Positions 1 through 12,362 of a stretch of 64,000 nucleotides of DNA are shown piece after piece. The stretch spans positions 287,370,001 through 287,434,000 of the forward strand of contig OZ024741.1 in assembly GCA_964016885.1 (NCBI GenBank), written 5' to 3'. Origin of the DNA: Eledone cirrhosa (Eukaryota). The notes beneath the pieces were generated by a model, which was given only the letters and a program-made list of their open reading frames with translations, was not told the origin of the DNA and made no database searches. Position 1 is the stretch's first letter; each line of letters begins with the position of its first letter. Position numbers and translations under genes: made by a program.

Positions 1-807
1 AGACGACTTGAAGAGGGGGGGGGGGACAGTATTGGTAGATTTTAGTGCAAGGTCTGGAAAAATGGATACATTTTGAATGATGAGAAGAGTGAATGATAGA
101 CGGGTGAATCGTATGGATGAAACGTATGGGTGAAAGTCAGTAGATATTTGATGTTCAGAAAGAACATATGTTAGAGACATATGTGAATATTTGGGAAAAC
201 TGGCACTTATAGAATGTGGCTCACAGAGAACTATATTAGCACACTCTACGGTCATAAAATCTGATAAAAAGCCTCCACTCTAAGATGTAAGATACGTATA
301 TATTCCTTTGTTTGGTAGTTTAGATAGAATATTTGAATGCAAGAGACGGGAGATTACTTTGAATTTAACACCATAATTTTCGCTACATTTCTCAAATGAT
401 ATAGGAAGACAAGGACTCCAGTGGATTTGGTTTTACAATAGATGTACTGGTGCTCAATAAGGTTTCAATGAACTGGAAAATGTGGTTTTTACATGCACAC
501 AGTATTGCTTCATCATCTATATTTTAACTAACCTCACTAAAGACTTATTATTAGTGCTGTTAACAGTACGGTGGATTGGAGTTGTCCGAGCATCAGAAAA
601 ATTCTTAGCAATATTTGCTCGAGCTCTTTCTGCGTTTTCTGTTCAAATCCTACCGAGTTCAACATTGAATTCTATTTTCCGAGGTCAATAAAATAACACA
701 CCAGTCAATTGTAGAGTCGATATAATCGACTTTCCCTTCCCTTAAATTTGATAATATTTTACCAAAATTTTAAATCATTGTTGTTGATAACGTTGATAAT
801 GAAGAGA

Positions 808-995
808 TGGTGGATTGGCAGTATCGGTGGAGGGTCGGACGCCATGCTTTCCAGTATAGTTACGTCCCTTTACGATCTGAGTTCAAATCCCGCCGAGGTT
901 GACTTTGCCTTTCATCCTTACGGGGTCGATAAAATAAAGTACCAGTAATGCACTGGGCAATTGCTGGCCTTGTGCCAAAAGTAGAAACAATTATC
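808..995 (+). mobile_element. tRNA-derived SINE, main family (family 1), near full-length copy
   Basis: Pol III A-box-like TGGCAGTATCGG, B-box GTTCAAATCC, central GCCTTTCATCCTTACGGGGTCGATAAAATAAAGTACCAG and tail GCTGGCCTTGTGCCAAAAGTAGAAACAATTAT. Near-identical copies at 41318-41503, 61645-61810 and elsewhere. Confidence 0.9.
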
Positions 996-1434
996 AAATA
1001 CACCCCAGCAGCGTTCATTTTTTTATATGTGCCCACATACCGTATCAAGATGTCCTTCTATTTTCTTTCTATTTACTATAATAAGATTGTAGAGAGATGA
1101 TTTCGTGGTTATTTCTATCTTTTCGTCGGAGATAACGAAAGTCGTATCCTTTGTTACTTGTTTTCTTTTGTTATCTTATTAAAATTACATTTTTCATAAT
1201 GAACCATTATTATTTTTAGTGGCCTTGTGCCAAAAGTAGAAACAATTATTATTTTTAGTGGTGTAGTTATCCTGAGGATGATACGTAATTTCTTTATTAG
1301 ATATATAATTTTTCATTAAAGTTGTTTCGTCATTAATGCTATTTTCGTCTTCAAAATTAGTTTCATTGTAACGTTGTCAAAGGAAAAAGAAAACGAAATT
1401 AAACAATATAAAATAAAATAATGAATTCTAATTA

Positions 1435-2035
1435 AAGTACAATTTTGTGGAGGGGAGCGGAATCGACTACATCGACTCCAGTAAGTAACTGGTACTTTAT
1501 TTTATCGACCCTGGAAGGAGCAAATCCAAAGTTACCATCGACGTGACTTGAACTCTGAAAGTAACGAAGCGTAACTAAATGTTGCACCCCTTCTCTCTGG
1601 CGCACAAACCATTCTGCCAAACCACACCCCTTTTAAAAATAAAAATTCTGCTTGAGACACAAGACCAGCAATTAGAAGGGGAAGTCGATTAAATAAACCC
1701 CGATACTTCACTGATACTTTATTTTGAAGAGTCAAGCTGATCTCTGTAGGATTTTAACTCAGTATGTAAAGAGCTGTAACTAAATCCCATAAACGATTCT
1801 GTTTTTTGATCATCATATATATATATATGATTTCCTATACAGGCACAAGGCCAGCAATTTTGGGGGCGGGGGAAGTCGATTAAATCGACCCCAGTGCGTG
1901 ACTGGTACTTTAATTTATCGAGCTGAAAGGCAAAGTTAACCTCGGCGGGATTTGAACTCAGATCATGAAAGCCGTACCTCTATGCTGCAAAGCATGGCGT
2001 CCGACCTTCTACCAATATTGCCAATCCACCGCCCT
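1435..2035 (-). mobile_element. Three family-1 SINE copies (about 1435-1625, 1645-1800, 1830-2035)
   Basis: Reverse-complement core CTGGTACTTTA..TTTATCGA and GGATTTGAACTC in each copy, with varying decay. Confidence 0.8.
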
Positions 2036-2599
2036 CTCATCATCATATATATATATAAAAGAATAAAACAGAAATAAATATTATTCGTTTAAAAATTATA
2101 TTGTTTTGTTATTTATTTTTGTCTTTGTTTTAGTTTACAGACTCCTACTAACGAAACAATAGAGGAAATTTTATGTTTTTGCCCAACCTACTACTAGAAA
2201 GGGCGGCTACATCTCCCTTAAATCACACTCTATACTGTCTAAAAAAATAAATAAATAAATCACACTTTATATTGTCCAAAACCAAGATTTATAGAAAGTT
2301 ACTTTAACGAAAATAAAGAAAGAAATGTGAAACTGTAAGCAATCAAAATGAATGGAAAAACATACTGAATAACGCATGAGAAAGATAAAGGGTTAAAGAC
2401 AATGTATGAAGGAAGAACGAGATGTGAGAAAACGCGATTAAGTGACCTCAAGCTATTCTAATTTGTCTTAAAATTATTTTCGTACTTGATTCTTCATTAA
2501 CAAAGATGGATAGGAATACGTTTCACAATATTGACTTTAATGGAAAAAAACAATTTAGCAAAATTCTAAAAAGCTTGTATTTAATATTATGCGATGATC

Positions 2600-4068
2600 C
2601 AACTAATTGTGCTGTGACTGAGAGATTGTTTTAAGTAATTTTGTGCAGCATACTTCGGTGTAGCGTGTAGCATGTCAACTTTCTGGTAATTTGCATCCTC
2701 TCCTTTCCGAGACTTTTATAAAGTGACATATGTGCAGTTTCTGTAAGGTATGTGAGAAGGTGACTATCAAGGGTTATTTTATTTCAAAGTAAAAACATTT
2801 CAAAGCTCTTAAAATTATTCCACTTCAATCTTCTTAATCCATTGACATTCTCAGTAATATTTCTTTCTATTATTCTCAACAAAGTGGCAAAAATGTTTGT
2901 AGGCACCAGCAATGGACCTGCTGGTAGCTGTGAGAGTATGTCTAAAACATACAATAAAGAAATGTTATAAACATATCGAATATGAATTGTATGAAAGATA
3001 CTCGTATTACACATAGCAACTTTTTGGGGATATTACTCTATCTGATGTATCATTGAGAATATTATTGAAGATATAAACTCTGACTTGAAATAACGCTGTG
3101 ACTGAGGTGAAAATAAAGATATGACTAAAGATGTTATGCATCATAACTTAAGATATTGCTGTGAGAGATATTTAAATGAACACAGGACTGAAGATATTAC
3201 AGATCCGGACATGAAATATTGTTGTAACTGATTTGTAAATGACGGTATAATTTAAGATATTACACACCATATGTTGAAATACTTTTGTGTCTGGTGCTTA
3301 GACTGGCCTATCTTTCGTAAGTGTTTTTTTGTTTTTGTTTTTTACTGTGATAGTAATACACTCTTACTATAAAACTTTCCATTCCATTTTCTCATACAGA
3401 AGTCACCACACTGTACAATATACACTGTAAACGGAACATTGTCCACTGTACTCTGTACATTTGTGTATGTCAGTGGACAGGGTCGACTGAATAGTTCATA
3501 GGCTGACCAAGATACTCTTATGGAATTACGAAATGAGGCTTGTTTTTTAACATAGTCACTGGAAAGAAACAGTGCAGTTGTTAATAAGAAGAGTTGAAAT
3601 GAATGCTCTAGCGTCAATCCTTAATAGTCAAACCTATGAAATTTTCAAATGACCCTTGTATATTGTAAGAGGAGCCATATACAACATTTTCGCAAACAAT
3701 TCCTTTTAAACCGTACTTTATTAGAGAGGCTCATCCAATACCGTGTTAAATCGGAATTGTTGTTATTCTGCAATAACAATTTGAGGGATTCACTTTCTCT
3801 TGTTTCCTTGACCAATTCATTACCAAACATCAATCAATTACACTTCCTATGCATTTCAAATAATTGTAAAAATGTAAAAATAACTAAGAATTTGGAAGGT
3901 TTAAGTAAAATAACTAACTATTAAATTATTAAAATGGTGTTTGGAATATAACTTACCAAAGGTTTTTATACAAAATTATGATGGAAGGTTTTTAAATAAA
4001 AATAATTTAAGAGACTTTGTATCGTAGAATCTGTGGTGGTTTGGGGCGGATTGGCGTCAAAAGGGTTA
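2600..4068 (-). mobile_element. Heavily degraded piggyBac-like DNA transposon
   Basis: Terminus AAAAGGG-TTAA at about 4058-4068 resembles a piggyBac end with TTAA target site. Minus-strand peptide remnants occur in the expected order: DLTRYWMS..VRFKRN, PLTYTNVQSTVDNVPFT (DN motif), PTNIFATLL, and a Cys-rich end. Many stops and frameshifts. Confidence 0.45.
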
Positions 4069-4249
4069 AAAGCTTAGTCGAAAGAATAAAAGCAGTGACT
4101 TTCATAGGAGGAAATGTCTATGATTATGGTCCAGGCCCAAATGCATACAACTGAGAAGAATTCAGGAAATGCACCCAAGACCCAGATGGTAGTGTTGAAC
4201 CGGATGATGGATTAAGACTACCACTCAAAATAAAAATTGCAGTCCGTCA

Positions 4250-4428
4250 AACAAGCTTCCACACAGTTTCCGTCTACTAAATCTCACTCACAAGCCTTTG
4301 GTTAATCCGAGGTTATAATAAAAGACACTTAACCAAGGTGCCGTGCAGTAAAAACGAACTGGAAACAACATAGTTGTAACACACTTGTTGCAATTCAAAC
4401 GTTTTTACTACACAACCATATCGGAGCC
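4250..4428 (-). mobile_element. Degenerate SINE of a second family (CORE-like)
   Basis: Minus strand reads ATGGTTGTGTAGTAA...ACTGCACGGCACCTTGGTTAAGTGTCTT...GTAGACGGAAACTGTGTGGAAGC, i.e. a tRNA-like head followed by a CORE-like block. Confidence 0.6.
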
Positions 4429-5800
4429 TATACAGTGCACTTTAATCAATTGGATGCACCAAATATATATATTCCTCTTTTATAAACTTATTAAATGGAT
4501 TTTTAAAACACGTAAAATTTCTCAGATTTGGAAAAAAAGAAAATAAGATTGTTAATGTTTACAGCTATTATATTAAGGACATATGATTAGTAATTGTAAA
4601 GGATCTTATCAGTTTAATAGAATGTAAACAATAATCTATTTCTAGAAACGTTGAACGGATATATATTTATTGAAAATTAGCCTGAATTACATTAAACGCC
4701 TCACATTGGTGCAACTGTTTAGCACAGCCGTCCGATATACTGTGGATGGGAGTTCAAGTCCCACGGGCGGCGTTGTCAATTTTGTTTTTTGTTTTTTGTC
4801 TCGAGGGCTTTTTATGCCAAATTTATTAGACTATTTTCATAGTAAAAAACATATTCGTCGAAGCTTCTAACTTTACTGTCGGTTTTTATTTGTTTATCTG
4901 TTTATTTTCTTTATCGAATTTGAGAAATTTCCAGAAAAAATGATGTTGACATACGAGGAGATTAAATGGCCACACTTTCTTATTGGTTGTTATATTTAAG
5001 AAGATACGATATAAATATTACCGTGGATGAGATGACAGTCTACCGAAAGATCTTTCTCAAGGGATATGATATTCATATCCGTCATCTAAATAAAACTCAG
5101 GAACTATTTTGCAAACTACGAAGGTATACATACACATGTATTGCAAAATACAGAATCACAAAATAACACAAGAAGTGGCTGCGCAGCTATTTCATTTTTT
5201 TTTTTTTACTATTGATGCATTTTAGAGAGGTACTGAAAGTTTCCGGTGTAGAAACATTTAGAACACAGTCAGCTGTAGCTTTAAAATCATGAAACACGTT
5301 TGGAATACAATACCGTATAATATGTTGTAAGTGAAATAAACTAGCTTCAGTTCTGAATTGAAATAGTGCTGCAGGCTCGGCTGACTCAACTTACTAGGAT
5401 AATTAAAACTACTACCCCATCATCATCCCTACAACACCACTGCCATCATCACTATCACACCATCATCACTACCCCACCATCATCATCATCACTTCATCGC
5501 CATCAGAACTACCACTACGACGACGACCACCACCACCACCACCCTCCGCATTATGATATCAAATCCAATGACGTTTAATGGTAATAAATAACATTATGGT
5601 AACAAATATGTTTAATGCAGAGATCGAAGAAAATTAATCTAGTGATTCTATAAATATATCAATATCAGAATAACTTCCGGCTGTGTAATTATTACCTTTC
5701 ACTACAGCGTTTCTCTGCGTTAACAGTTACTCGTTATATCATAATAGAAATCTATTAACGATCATAGTGGAAAATATACAGTGAAGCACAATTTTAGAAT

Positions 5801-6005
5801 ACGAATACTTTCGCTTGCTGGCCAAACATTCAAAACTATTGAGCTGTAAACAGGCCGTGTCATGACACTAACGAATATTTTGACTTGCTGGCCAAGTATT
5901 CAAATCTATTGAGTTGTAATCTGGTCGTGTCATGATACTAACGAATTCTTTCATTTGCTGGCCAAACATTCAAAAGTATTGAGTTATAAACAGATCGTGT
6001 CATCG
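5801..6005. repeat. 70-bp minisatellite, about 3 diverged copies
   Basis: Units starting ACGAAT..TTGCTGGCCAA at 5801, 5871 and 5941. Confidence 0.9.
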
Positions 6006-6834
6006 CCTTACTGAAATAACTATTTTCTTTCTTTCTCGACATCTCCTTACAGTGATAGTTAAAGCGGTATGCATCCAATCTTTAAGTGTAGCCACATATA
6101 AGTACATTTACATTAATACAAAGACATATATAAGAAACATTTAAATTTATGTTTACAGTCCCAGTTACTATAAATATACATATACACTATTGCCTCGGTT
6201 GTGATATAAGCCCTCCTCTCTTCGTCCCTTTCATGTAACTGATTTTGAAAGAATGTGAGAAATACAGAAAGTAAGAAGAAATAGTCCCAGTACTTAACTG
6301 GTACTTTATTTATCGCTTCCGAATGGTGGAAAGGCAAAAGCCGGCATCAGAGCGATATGGACATCGAGTGCAGAGAGCCAGGACAAATACCACAAGACAA
6401 TTTATTCAAGCTTCTAACGAATCTGACAAATCAATCAATCAAGTCCCCGAAACTGGTTCAGCCAATCGTATGTGTGTCATTCTAGACGTTTGACCGTGTC
6501 CGTCATGGAATTTCAAGGGATCTTAAAAATGCTTGGTATTGCCTATCCCATTTTAAGTGTAGCCACACATAGATACATTCACATTAATATAAAGATATCT
6601 ATACGGAAAATTTAAATTTGTTAACAGTTGTAGTTACCATAAATACACACACACACGCGCGCGCCCGCTATCCAGTATGGCAAGTTTTCTAAACAAGATA
6701 TATCATTGCCATCTGCAATAATTTCGTAAATGTATCTTTTCAACAGAGAAAACAATTAATTGCTCTGTGACAAATAAGGAAGAAAAATATTTTGATGAGG
6801 ATCAATTTTGTAAGAACGGTGATTAGGACAGATT

Positions 6835-7065
6835 TGTCATAATTGGTATAAATAATAGAATTGGAAGAATTGGCACGATCGGCACAATTGGCTCAATTGA
6901 TACAAATTGATACAATTGGTACAGCTGACATATTTGACACAAATTGTACAATGGCTCAATTTACACAATTGCCACCACTCGCAGAATTGTTACAATTGGC
7001 AGAATCCGCAGAATTGTCAAATTTACAGAATTCGCAGAATTGACAAAGTCTGACGAATTGCTTTG
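6835..7065. repeat. Degenerate 9-bp periodic repeat (approx. CACAATTGG / GCAGAATTG)
   Basis: AATTG recurs about every 9 nt; this explains ORF 6861-7043. Confidence 0.7.
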
Positions 7066-8792
7066 CAACATTTTATGTTGCTTTGCAGCCAACCCTTCCA
7101 CCACCACCGAGATCGATTGGGGATAACTTTTGTCTCGTTATTTTTGTTGCTTAGCACCAGGTTGGCTCTATTTGCGTAAACATAGAAGGGAAAGTGTACC
7201 AGCTATGACCAAGCTTTATTATTCTTAAACATTGTGTATCTAGTATAAGTTATCTCCACGTTTACGTTGTTGTAGTATGAAATTTGAGAGAGACATTGTT
7301 ACTATTTTTAACAGATTGAAGACTTCCTTCTTATAGCCAGTAGTGTACTTTTATAGAGGATCCCACTGTGAGCTTTTCATATTGAAACAAAGTTAGAACT
7401 TGTTTCCATATTTCTTCCTCGTGGGAGCTCTACAATATTTAGTGGTATATAAATTCAGCTAAACAGACATTAAACGACATATTTCATCTAGCATTCATTA
7501 AAAACTAACTGAATTAACGTTTCTTTGGTATTCAGCCAATTGACTGGTTATTCTTCGCCACTTTATTCATAACTTTGTTCTTGGGAATTTACTTTAATTC
7601 TACTCATATCAGCCAGCTTGGTATATCGATTTTTTTCATTGATAACTTATTGGCTTAAGTTGATAAGGTAACGCCGATCGAAAACTAATTTCTTTACGCC
7701 ATTGGCCAACAAAGTAGTCTCAACAGTTTACGTTTTTATCCTTAAATTTCGAGAAACGTGTTAGCATTCCACTCAATAATTCTCCTCCTTCTGTCTTCAA
7801 AGGATCTTTCTTGTTGATACAGCTATTTAAATAGTGGGACAATTCGGTCATGATAAAGTCAATATCAGTATATATCTTAACCTAGTAAGGACAAGAAGTA
7901 TGTCTTTTGACCATTATATAACAATATATATCCATAGTGAGGTCATAACTAAAATAAAAATATATTTTATATGATAAATTTAAGTATAACGTTTGTTTAT
8001 AAACCTCACTGATAACATTTAAACAAATATGGAAACATTCAAAACAAATATCAAAATGTTTTTCACAATTCTTAAAACAACCACAGTGAGATTAATTAAC
8101 TGGAGTTTTACCTATATTAAATTTATCTTAGATTTTCTTATAATATCCTGTGTTGTGAATAAATATTTGTTGTATATTTTATAATTTTGATTACTTTCAT
8201 ACATGATGATATTTGTTTAAACATAATGTATTAAGGATAATATACTTCTACGTTTATGATGTCGTAAGATCTGATTTGAGGGAGTCATAGTTTCTATTTC
8301 TAACAGATTAGAGGGCCGCCTCATTGACTAGATGGTTTAATTCTTTAGAGATTATACGGGAACTGCCGCTGTTCATACTGAACGTTGTTGTAGCTTGCTT
8401 GCATATTTCCTCCCCATGAGAGCTCTACAATATTTATTGATATATAAATGCTACTAAACAGATATTAATCGACATATTAGCAGAGTTTACATATTGTAGT
8501 CTTACCTACATTAAATTTATCTTAAATTTTCTATATCCCGAGTTGTGGATAAATATAAATATTGATTGTATATTTTATAATTCTGATTGCTTCTATATAT
8601 GTTGATATTTGCGTCCATGTTTCTTTTCTTTTTCCAAACATTCTGTCTTGTTCACCGTCATTCTCTGTTATTTAGATGCAGGTTGTACCTGGGCCGACTG
8701 AGGCCTGATCCAGCTCATGCCCGATTCAACTCAAGCCTGGTCCAGCTCAAGCCTGGTCGAGCTTAGTCATGTTCCAGCTCAAGCCTGATCCA

Positions 8793-9092
8793 GATCATAT
8801 TTGATCTAGCAAACCTAAGATCAAATATGTCATAGTAAACATATTTGTTCTGGCAAACCTAAGATCAAATATGTCATAGTAAACATATTTGTTCTGGCAA
8901 ACCTAAGATCAAATATGTCATAGTAAACATATTTGTTCTGGCAAACCTAAGATCAAATATGTCATAGTAAACATATTTGTTCTGGCAAACCTAAGATCAA
9001 ATATGTCATAGTAAACATATTTGATCTAGCAAACCTAAGATCAAATATGTCATAGTAAACATATTTGTTCTGGCAAACCTATGATCAAAGAT
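8793..9092. repeat. 44-bp tandem repeat, about 6.5 copies, each with an internal hairpin
   Basis: GCAAACCT recurs at 8809, 8853, 8897, 8941, 8985, 9029 and 9073. The unit contains GATCAAATATGT...ACATATTTG(A/T)TC as an inverted repeat. Confidence 0.95.
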
Positions 9093-9519
9093 ATCTTAGC
9101 AGACATTAAGGTTTCTGTCGATGTTATCGAGATAAGCCATGTTGCATTTATTACATACGATGAGCTGAAGTTTGAAACAAATATGGTTCCTATCTTGAAT
9201 AAAAAGCGTTACTCTTTTTATTGTAGTGAAAACAATAAAAAGTTATTTATTAAGTTTGATAGTAGCCGCATGGTTTAGACGAAGGAAGTCTTAAGCTTTT
9301 TTACATTGCAAGGATATATCTATATTTATATGCTTGTACGTATGTATGTACATAAGTATACACATACATATATATGAGCATATGTATGAACAAACACATT
9401 CGCGCGCACACACGCATATATCGTGTATGTATATATATATATGTGTGTGTGTGTGTACGTACATATATACATATATATATGCATATATATATATACATAT
9501 ATATATATGTATATATATA

Positions 9520-9612
<93 letters not shown>

Positions 9613-9614
<2 letters not shown>

Positions 9615-9905
9615 CGAAGGTGAACCATAACGCATCAGAGTACTCGATACTTAGGGTAGTAGAGTGGGTAATAGGAAAAGAGTCAGGACGCCGACGGCTG
9701 AGCTCCGGCCGTTTCGACAGCTAGATCTGAACTAACACAGTAGTTGATGTAGTATTGTTTATTATTGTTGTTGTAGTTGTTATGGTCGTGTTATTGTTGT
9801 TGTAGTTGTGGGCGGGAGTGGGTACATGAACACTACTAAGTTAGTTCAGATCTAGCTGTCAAAACAGCCGGAGCTCAGCCGTCGGGGTCCTGATTCTTTT
9901 CCTAT
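9613..9905 (-). mobile_element. Short fold-back element, family X (probable PLE-derived terminus with the 3' half of a hammerhead)
   Basis: Inverted arms 9671-9736 and 9840-9905, tail 9613-9670 joined to (TA)n. Minus strand has GAAACGGC-loop-GCCGTC-GG (stem III plus GUC triplet). Other copies at 13130-13266, 34195-34386, 34749-34862, 34910-35101, 35303-35351 and 63661-63801. Confidence 0.75.
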
Positions 9906-10019
9906 ATCTGTTAGACACGCAGTGACTAACAACAGAATGTTTTAAGTCTGAGTGTCTGACATATATGCGTAGCTTGTGAATAAAAAAATTCAAAGGGTTT
10001 CGCTGGCCGTGGTGATACC

Positions 10020-10854
10020 TTTGCTAGGGTGGAAATATACTAACTACAGCAATATGGTTTGTCAGACTTAATTTTAAGTATTAAATTTAAAAAAATAACA
10101 GACCTATATGGAGCAATCGCCTGATAACAACTAGACAGTTTTGGAAACTGTTTCACAACATCTTATTAAGTGAAACATATTGCTGTAGTTAGTATTTTTC
10201 CACCCTAGCAAACTTGGTCCTTACGATTCGAACACATGTATGTTTATATTAGTGTTCATCACTCTTGTTTATTCAATTATATTACACGGCTCGGAAAAGC
10301 TTTTTTCTTAAAGCTATTTAATTGTAAGAGACTACACTGAGTTTCAAACTCACTATATATTTGTCGGCTCCATCATGTAGAGCTAATTTTAATGTCCGGT
10401 TAACCAGGCTGCTATTTTTAGCGGCATGGAATTTCGAGACAAACTGGGTTTCGAAGACGCGTGCGATAATTCTTATCGTACACAATTCAGTCTTCTAATA
10501 TTTTTAGAAGTGGAAGGATCACTAATTTCTCAACAACTACTGAGGAGCAGAGAAAAGTGTGGACTTCACTTAATAAGATGTTGGTTAACAGTTTCCAAAA
10601 CTGTCTAGTTGTTACCAGGCGATTACCCGATATAGGTATTTTATTTTTCTTAATTTAATACTTAAAATTAAGTCTGACAAACCATATTGCTGTAGTTAGT
10701 ATTTTTCCACCCCTGCAAACTTGGTCCTTATGATTCGAACACATGTATGTTTATATTAGTGTTATCTCTCTTGTATATTCAATTATATTACACGGCTCTG
10801 AAAAGTTTTTTCTTGAAGCTATTTAATTGTAAGAGACTACTCTGAGTTTCTAAC

Positions 10855-10860
<6 letters not shown>
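10020..10860 (+). mobile_element. Non-coding PLE-type element with both inverted and direct terminal repeats
   Basis: Inverted repeat about 10020-10172 vs 10567-10719; direct repeat about 10175-10358 vs 10683-10860; 3' end runs into (TA)n. Confidence 0.75.
10532..10613 (+). ncRNA. Type I hammerhead ribozyme motif, GAAA box mutated in this copy
   Basis: Stem I AACAACTA/TAGTTGTT (8 bp), core CTGAGGA at 10540, stem III ACAGTTT/AAACTGT, GUC triplet. GAAAC reads TTAAC here but is intact in the inverted copy near 10127-10160. Confidence 0.65.
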
Positions 10861-10929
<69 letters not shown>

Positions 10930-10994
10930 CGTAAAATAAGAAAATATTCTTTAAAAAAAATTTTTTTTTAAATTTTTTACTTACTTAAATTTTC

Positions 10995-11076
10995 ACTCCA
11001 ACTAATTAGTTTCTGCAATGGGATAAAGACAGTTACGTAATCCAACTGTCGAGAATTCATTGCGTCATCAGGGAGT
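10995..11076 (-). ncRNA. Type I hammerhead ribozyme motif within a TA-flanked fragment (about 10923-11122)
   Basis: Minus strand: ACTCC CTGATGA cGCAATG...CATTGCa GAAAC TAATTA GTT GGAGT. Same family as 33643-33724. Confidence 0.8.
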
Positions 11077-11125
11077 CTATTCTCAGTTAAGTCACCAGGC
11101 AATGCGCGGACACTGGCGGCTCATA

Positions 11126-11180
<55 letters not shown>

Positions 11181-11204
11181 TCTGTGTGTGTGTGTGTGTG
11201 TGTG

Positions 11205-11281
<77 letters not shown>

Positions 11282-11323
11282 CAATATATTAATAAATGGA
11301 AACTATATTTATAAAACCATAAT

Positions 11324-11389
11324 TATTTTATTATATATATTTCAAAGGCGACCAAGGTAAATTATGGTGCGCTTTCATCAGATAAAATA
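11324..11389 (-). ncRNA. Minimal type I hammerhead ribozyme motif within a TA-flanked pLTR fragment (about 11281-11510)
   Basis: Minus strand: TATTTTAT CTGATGA aagcgcacc...ggtcgccttt GAAA T ATAT ATA ATAAAATA. 8-bp stem I, palindromic stem III loop, AUA triplet. Same family as the termini of the PLE at 54457-58700. Confidence 0.8.
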
Positions 11390-11507
11390 CAGATTTGCTT
11401 TATAAATAAATATTGACATACACGGAAAAACGACAACCTCAACGGTTGAAATTCGCTGTATAGTTATAAAAATGTTTAACCTTGTTGAATCCTAACAAAT
11501 TAAATAT

Positions 11508-11589
<82 letters not shown>

Positions 11590-11592
<3 letters not shown>

Positions 11593-11848
11593 CGTTTCTG
11601 AATTTGTTTACCAAGATTCTTTATCTGCAAACGTGTGTTGAAACCAATATTGTTATACTTTTGGGGGGTCATGTTGCCAATAAGAAACACACGCACCAGA
11701 AGCTTTCACTCCAATTTATTATAAATTAAATTTATAAATTTAAGAATTTATAAATTTCCGGTTGGTTGGTTCCATAACGGAGTGGTTGTTCATATATTGT
11801 CAAAGTTCTTTCGTCACACATTATGTGACCTCTTCAGTGACTGGGGAT
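11590..11848 (-). mobile_element. PLE-type terminal fragment with a degenerate hammerhead, same family as 46020-46510
   Basis: Minus strand GTCA CTGAAGA ggtcaca..tgtgac GAAA gaactt TGAC near 11798-11842; long similarity to 46050-46265. Confidence 0.6.
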
Positions 11849-11888
11849 TCAGAGACAGAGAGGCACCCAAGGCAAGTGCTTCCTTAAA

Positions 11889-12362
11889 ATGCCACACCTG
11901 GGCAAGAATACCACCAACGCTATCCGCAAGGCTATACGGAGGGAGTGCCTCGACATCCACCTGGCCCACTCGGGCCCCTCTCTGCGAAGATGCCTCTCCA
12001 GGAAACCCGGGAAATCAACTGACGCGTGCCCCCTCAGAGACTGCCCGATACGCCATGCGAACTGTTGCCTACGCATATACGTCGTGTATAAGATAGAATG
12101 TAACAAGTGCAACCAATACTATATAGGTAGCATAATCCGGCTGCTGCACATCCGGATCAAGGAGCACACTAACACCAGGGCCTCGTCTTTCCGGAAACAC
12201 ATAGCAAAATGCGGAAACAAAGACGGAAGGCCCATTGTCACAATTCTAGCGACAGAAAGAAACGTCGGCACATTACGTATCAAGGAAGAACTTTGGATCA
12301 AACGCCTAGGGCCACAATTAAACAACCGATCCGAGATAAGCGAAATGAGGTGGTTGGTTTAA
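11889..12362 (+). pseudogene. Penelope-like element GIY-YIG endonuclease, 5'-truncated ORF, possibly Naiad-like
   Basis: CPLRDCP..CCLRIYVVYKIECNKCNQYYIGSIIRLLHIRIKEH...KEELWIKRLGPQLN gives the GIY-YIG VVY/YIG, R, H, E and N motifs with a Cys linker. A degenerate HHR (CCC CAGTTGA tggat gtga atcc GAAA tat ATA GGG) lies at about 12775-12810 in the 3' region. Confidence 0.85.

Noticed and set aside
1-480. Possible old LINE 3' remnant on the minus strand, also 49750-50190 on the plus strand
   Set aside because: Only faint motif resemblance across many frameshifts; too weak to call without a profile search.
808-995. tRNA genes
   Set aside because: A and B boxes are present but embedded in multi-copy SINE bodies, with no convincing cloverleaf.
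8793-9092. CRISPR-like array of palindromic repeats
   Set aside because: Units are contiguous and near-identical with no unique spacers, no cas genes are present, and the context is eukaryotic.
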